A DNA stretch of 55,136 nt, the filler included, from Porpidia crustulata (taxonomy: Eukaryota): NCBI GenBank assembly GCA_964255105.1. It is 2 parts of 2 records of this genome, joined end to end, with 100 filler letters (N's around TTAATTAATTAA, not from the genome) between each part and the next. Parts side by side here need not be neighbours in the genome. Positions count along the whole stretch, not along the records: positions 27,894 to 55,136 come from CAXUWE010000032.1; 1 more part is not named here. One strand, 5' to 3'. Positions 52,603 to 55,136 of this stretch are shown piece after piece. Every line of letters starts with the position of its first letter. Position 1 is the first letter of the stretch. Under the pieces are notes generated by a model that did no database searches, was not told the DNA's origin, and saw only the letters and a program-made list of their open reading frames with translations. A program made the position numbers and the translations under genes.

Positions 52603-52703
52603 TGGTAGAAGATGGATGGTAGAAGATGGGCGGTGGAAGATGGGTGGTAGAAGATGGGTGGTAGAAGGTGGGCGGTAGATGATGGGTGGTAGAAGGTGGG
52701 CGG
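52603..52703. repeat. Minisatellite, 14-bp unit (YGGTAGAAGRTGGG) x ~7
   Basis: Directly visible tandem array. Confidence 0.9.
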
Positions 52704-53381
52704 AAACTGTGAGAGGAAAGCTAGTGGACTCGGATGTACTCGGGACGATTCACTTTACATCTAAGATGCTCACTGGAAACGGTAGGTGGACATGCCTTGT
52801 TCGGATGTTCGTTCTCAACAGATGACGGATGTCTCATCCGGTCGCTATGGCTCGATACTATTACAGCACAAAGCGTTGACTAATTCAATAGTATACAGCA
52901 AAACCAAGGGAGGGAAAGGAAAGTCTTAAACCTCATTATGATCCATACCAGTATCGTGAAGCCTGTTGTACATAAGAACGATGCCTGCCAGTCCATGTCA
53001 ATTGTGCTCCTGAAACTGCTTGCGGGTACTTTCCATCTTACTACACAAACCTACCGTCCGATGGTTATGGTTGGGTCTTTCGCCTGATCATATTAAGGTA
53101 CAATTGAGCTGGTCTGGTGCTTATAATAAGGGTAGGACTAGTATCTCCCCATAGATCGGTCACACCCCTAGTTCGGTCATCGTACCGTCCTAGCGGTTAA
53201 CACGGACAGCGGCGCTTAAGTCGGCAATCTTAGATCGCCATTTTAGCTTTCTTATATGGCCCTCTCGACTACAGATTTACCCACCAACCTATTCTGAGCA
53301 TCATGTAACCTATCTACATTGGTACATCCCGTGGCGGGGCGGATTCCATCGAGATTCACTTACAAGCACAGATCTATCGAT

Positions 53382-53610
53382 CTCAGCTGTCTGGCTGAAG
53401 TATGCCATATGGTTGGAGAGGTCTAGGTAACCTATGAAGCTATCGTGCTATTAGCCCGCTAAATCTATCCTGAGGTTGAAGTCTGTGCATGTAAGTGGGT
53501 CTCGATGGAATGCACCCCGAGCTCAGCTGTCGGGCTGAAGTAGGTCATAAGATAACATCCGAAATTCATCGTGCTATCAGCCCGTCAAATCTTTCCCGAA
53601 GCTGCAGTCT
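53382..53610. repeat. Diverged direct duplication with ~126-140 bp period
   Basis: CTCAGCTGTCKGGCTGAAGTA at 53382 and 53522. ATCGTGCTATYAGCCCG..AAATCT..CC.GA.G.TG.AGTCT at 53442 and 53568. Confidence 0.8.
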
Positions 53611-53908
53611 AGCCTCCGCTTGACGAGATTTCATATGTGATCGATCTGGTGATCTAGGTTATTTGAAATGAATTCATCATCATTTATAATCTCGACACTT
53701 GCCCAGGTGCATTATACATCCTGTGAAAATGAATTTGCGTTCGATTTAAATGATATACCATAGTAATATTACAATTCCCGTCGACTTGTTTCTATCTAAT
53801 AGTCAACTTCCACCCGTCCACAAAGCTTTATTCATTCAAACAACCCTCAACAAACAGCATAAAAAAACAAAAACAATAAACTAACATAACAAAAAAAAAA
53901 TACAAATA

Positions 53909-53935
53909 NNNNNNNNNNNNNNNNNNNNNNNNNNN
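53909..53935. other. Assembly gap (27 N)
   Basis: N run. Confidence 0.99.
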
Positions 53936-54060
53936 CCACCCGTCCACATAGCTTTCCTCCTCCAGTCTACACACAGGTTAGTTCCACCCGACCACACAGC
54001 TTTCTTCCACCCCTTCACACAGCTTTCTTCCACCCGTCGACATACAGCTTTCTTCTACCA
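53936..54060. repeat. Imperfect ~22-25 bp tandem repeat (CCACCC...CACACAGCTTTCTT)
   Basis: Four related units are visible between 53936 and 54060. Confidence 0.75.
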
Positions 54061-54214
54061 AGTCCCTTCACTACCCGCAGATCACAAGTGTAGACAGACA
54101 AGAACATAACCTTATACCCCTACATCGCTAATACCGCTCCCTTACCGCTCTCCTCCACAAACACTACTCGAGCAAAGGAAATGGGCACAGCATCTAAATT
54201 ATCACGCTGTTGAA

Positions 54215-54721
54215 ATGGAAGTTCCGGCATCAACGCCCACCAACCGGAGCGTACAAGGCGGAGTTGGGTCCCTAGGCGGGGATCTGCCCTTGCCTCATAC
54301 TACCAAGCCTTATGCGGCGATTGATACGCTCGATGAAAAGGGATATATTGCCCTTTTGCGGGCCATTTGCCCAGACTCGTTGCGAGGTAATAAATGTTCT
54401 GGAGGCAAAAGGCCGGATCACAGCGCATCATTCATGCATGTGTGCCTTGATTGGGCGTACGGGGTACGTTTATCGATTGAAACATGGCTTTACGATATCA
54501 CTAATACAGCACAGAAATGCAAGCAGGAGACGATTCTTCATGATGGCAAAGTCCACGTTCTTCGAAGCTGTTTTTCCTTGACCAAGAAGCAAGAATGTAA
54601 ACGAGGGGGAGCCAGCCGAGGATGCCCTGAGGGTCATGGTCACGAGCAAATACGGATGGACGTAGAGGACGCGCGAAGAGAGCGCGCTCGCCAGAACTAC
54701 AATTTTTTCAATGCAGTTTAG
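54215..54721 (+). CDS. Small protein with three CCCH/CCHH-like zinc-finger motifs (~151 aa if in-frame intron 54464-54514 is spliced)
   Basis: 51-nt GTACGT..CACTAAT..CACAG intron. Motifs are CPDSLRGNKC-x7-H-x5-H, CLDWAYG|KC-x6-H-x4-H and CFSLTKKQEC-x8-C-x3-H. Confidence 0.55.
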   Translation: MEVPASTPTNRSVQGGVGSLGGDLPLPHTTKPYAAIDTLDEKGYIALLRAICPDSLRGNKCSGGKRPDHSASFMHVCLDWAYGVRLSIETWLYDITNTAQKCKQETILHDGKVHVLRSCFSLTKKQECKRGGASRGCPEGHGHEQIRMDVEDARRERARQNYNFFNAV

Positions 54722-55136
54722 ATACTATACCATAGTCCATAGCTTCCATTGCCACCACATGTTTGACCATTACCGCTCTTGAGACCTGTAACGTATAACT
54801 TTAGCGGCAGTAATGATATTTGCATCAGCAGTATCAAAAGCGCTAAGTTGAACAGGAACCCCCACTGCGTTTGGCACAACAGCGGCGGCAGCGAGGGGGA
54901 GTAGATAGCAAGCTCGTATTCCAGGTGCAAAGACGATCGGTAAGTAACCTACTGCTGCAATCAGATAAAGATGGACCTGGTCCCTACATTTCAGCGCATA
55001 TTACCTGGCTTTTTGTGAATATTCGGCATTCACTTTCGCTTCAACGCCATACCTTACTCAATCTTTCCTACGGAACAGCGGACTGATAAAGATGAGGATG
55101 AATGATTACGAGGAAAAGGGGATGTGGAAAATGAGC

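Noticed and set aside
53810..53908. A-rich tract / apparent duplication of CCACCCGTCCACA on both sides of the gap
   Set aside because: Looks like a low-quality read end overlapping the sequence after the gap; likely an assembly artefact rather than a poly-A retro-insertion.
52603..54060. CRISPR-like or telomeric arrays
   Set aside because: Eukaryotic context, no unique spacers or cas genes, and the units are not TTAGGG.

Overview
Intron-containing filamentous ascomycete (Pezizomycotina) DNA in two parts, separated at 27794-27893 by an artificial N-TTAATTAATTAA-N spacer, so the halves may not be physically adjacent. The left part is a conserved housekeeping block: VTS1 (-), TFC4/TFIIIC (+), SEC23 (+), RPL12 (+), a fungal O-GlcNAc transferase (+) and a FlbD-type Myb factor (+) behind a ~6 kb gene-free upstream region. 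The right part is accessory. It holds orphan genes, a multi-zinc-finger regulator, CipC, a secreted Cys-rich/WSC protein, a pogo/Fot1 transposase, a solo Fot1/Pot2-type TIR, an F-box-like gene, a tRNA-like Pol III element and a CCCH-like finger gene. The highlight is a head-to-head amyloid-signalling immune pair at 41.7-44.8 kb: an NB-ARC-TPR NLR whose N-terminus carries a PP-type (RHIM-like) amyloid motif, and a HeLo-like cell-death effector with the matching motif at its C-terminus. This architecture (PNT1/HELLP) is already described, so the class is not new. What is specific here is a co-varied motif variant (NSGFQAGxIxG) and an NLR that looks frameshifted and truncated beside an intact effector. 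A second notable signal is a tandem duplication stripped of all CC/GG dinucleotides, suggesting a non-canonical RIP-like mutator. Exon coordinates were derived by hand and each model was checked for frame continuity; no database searches were run.
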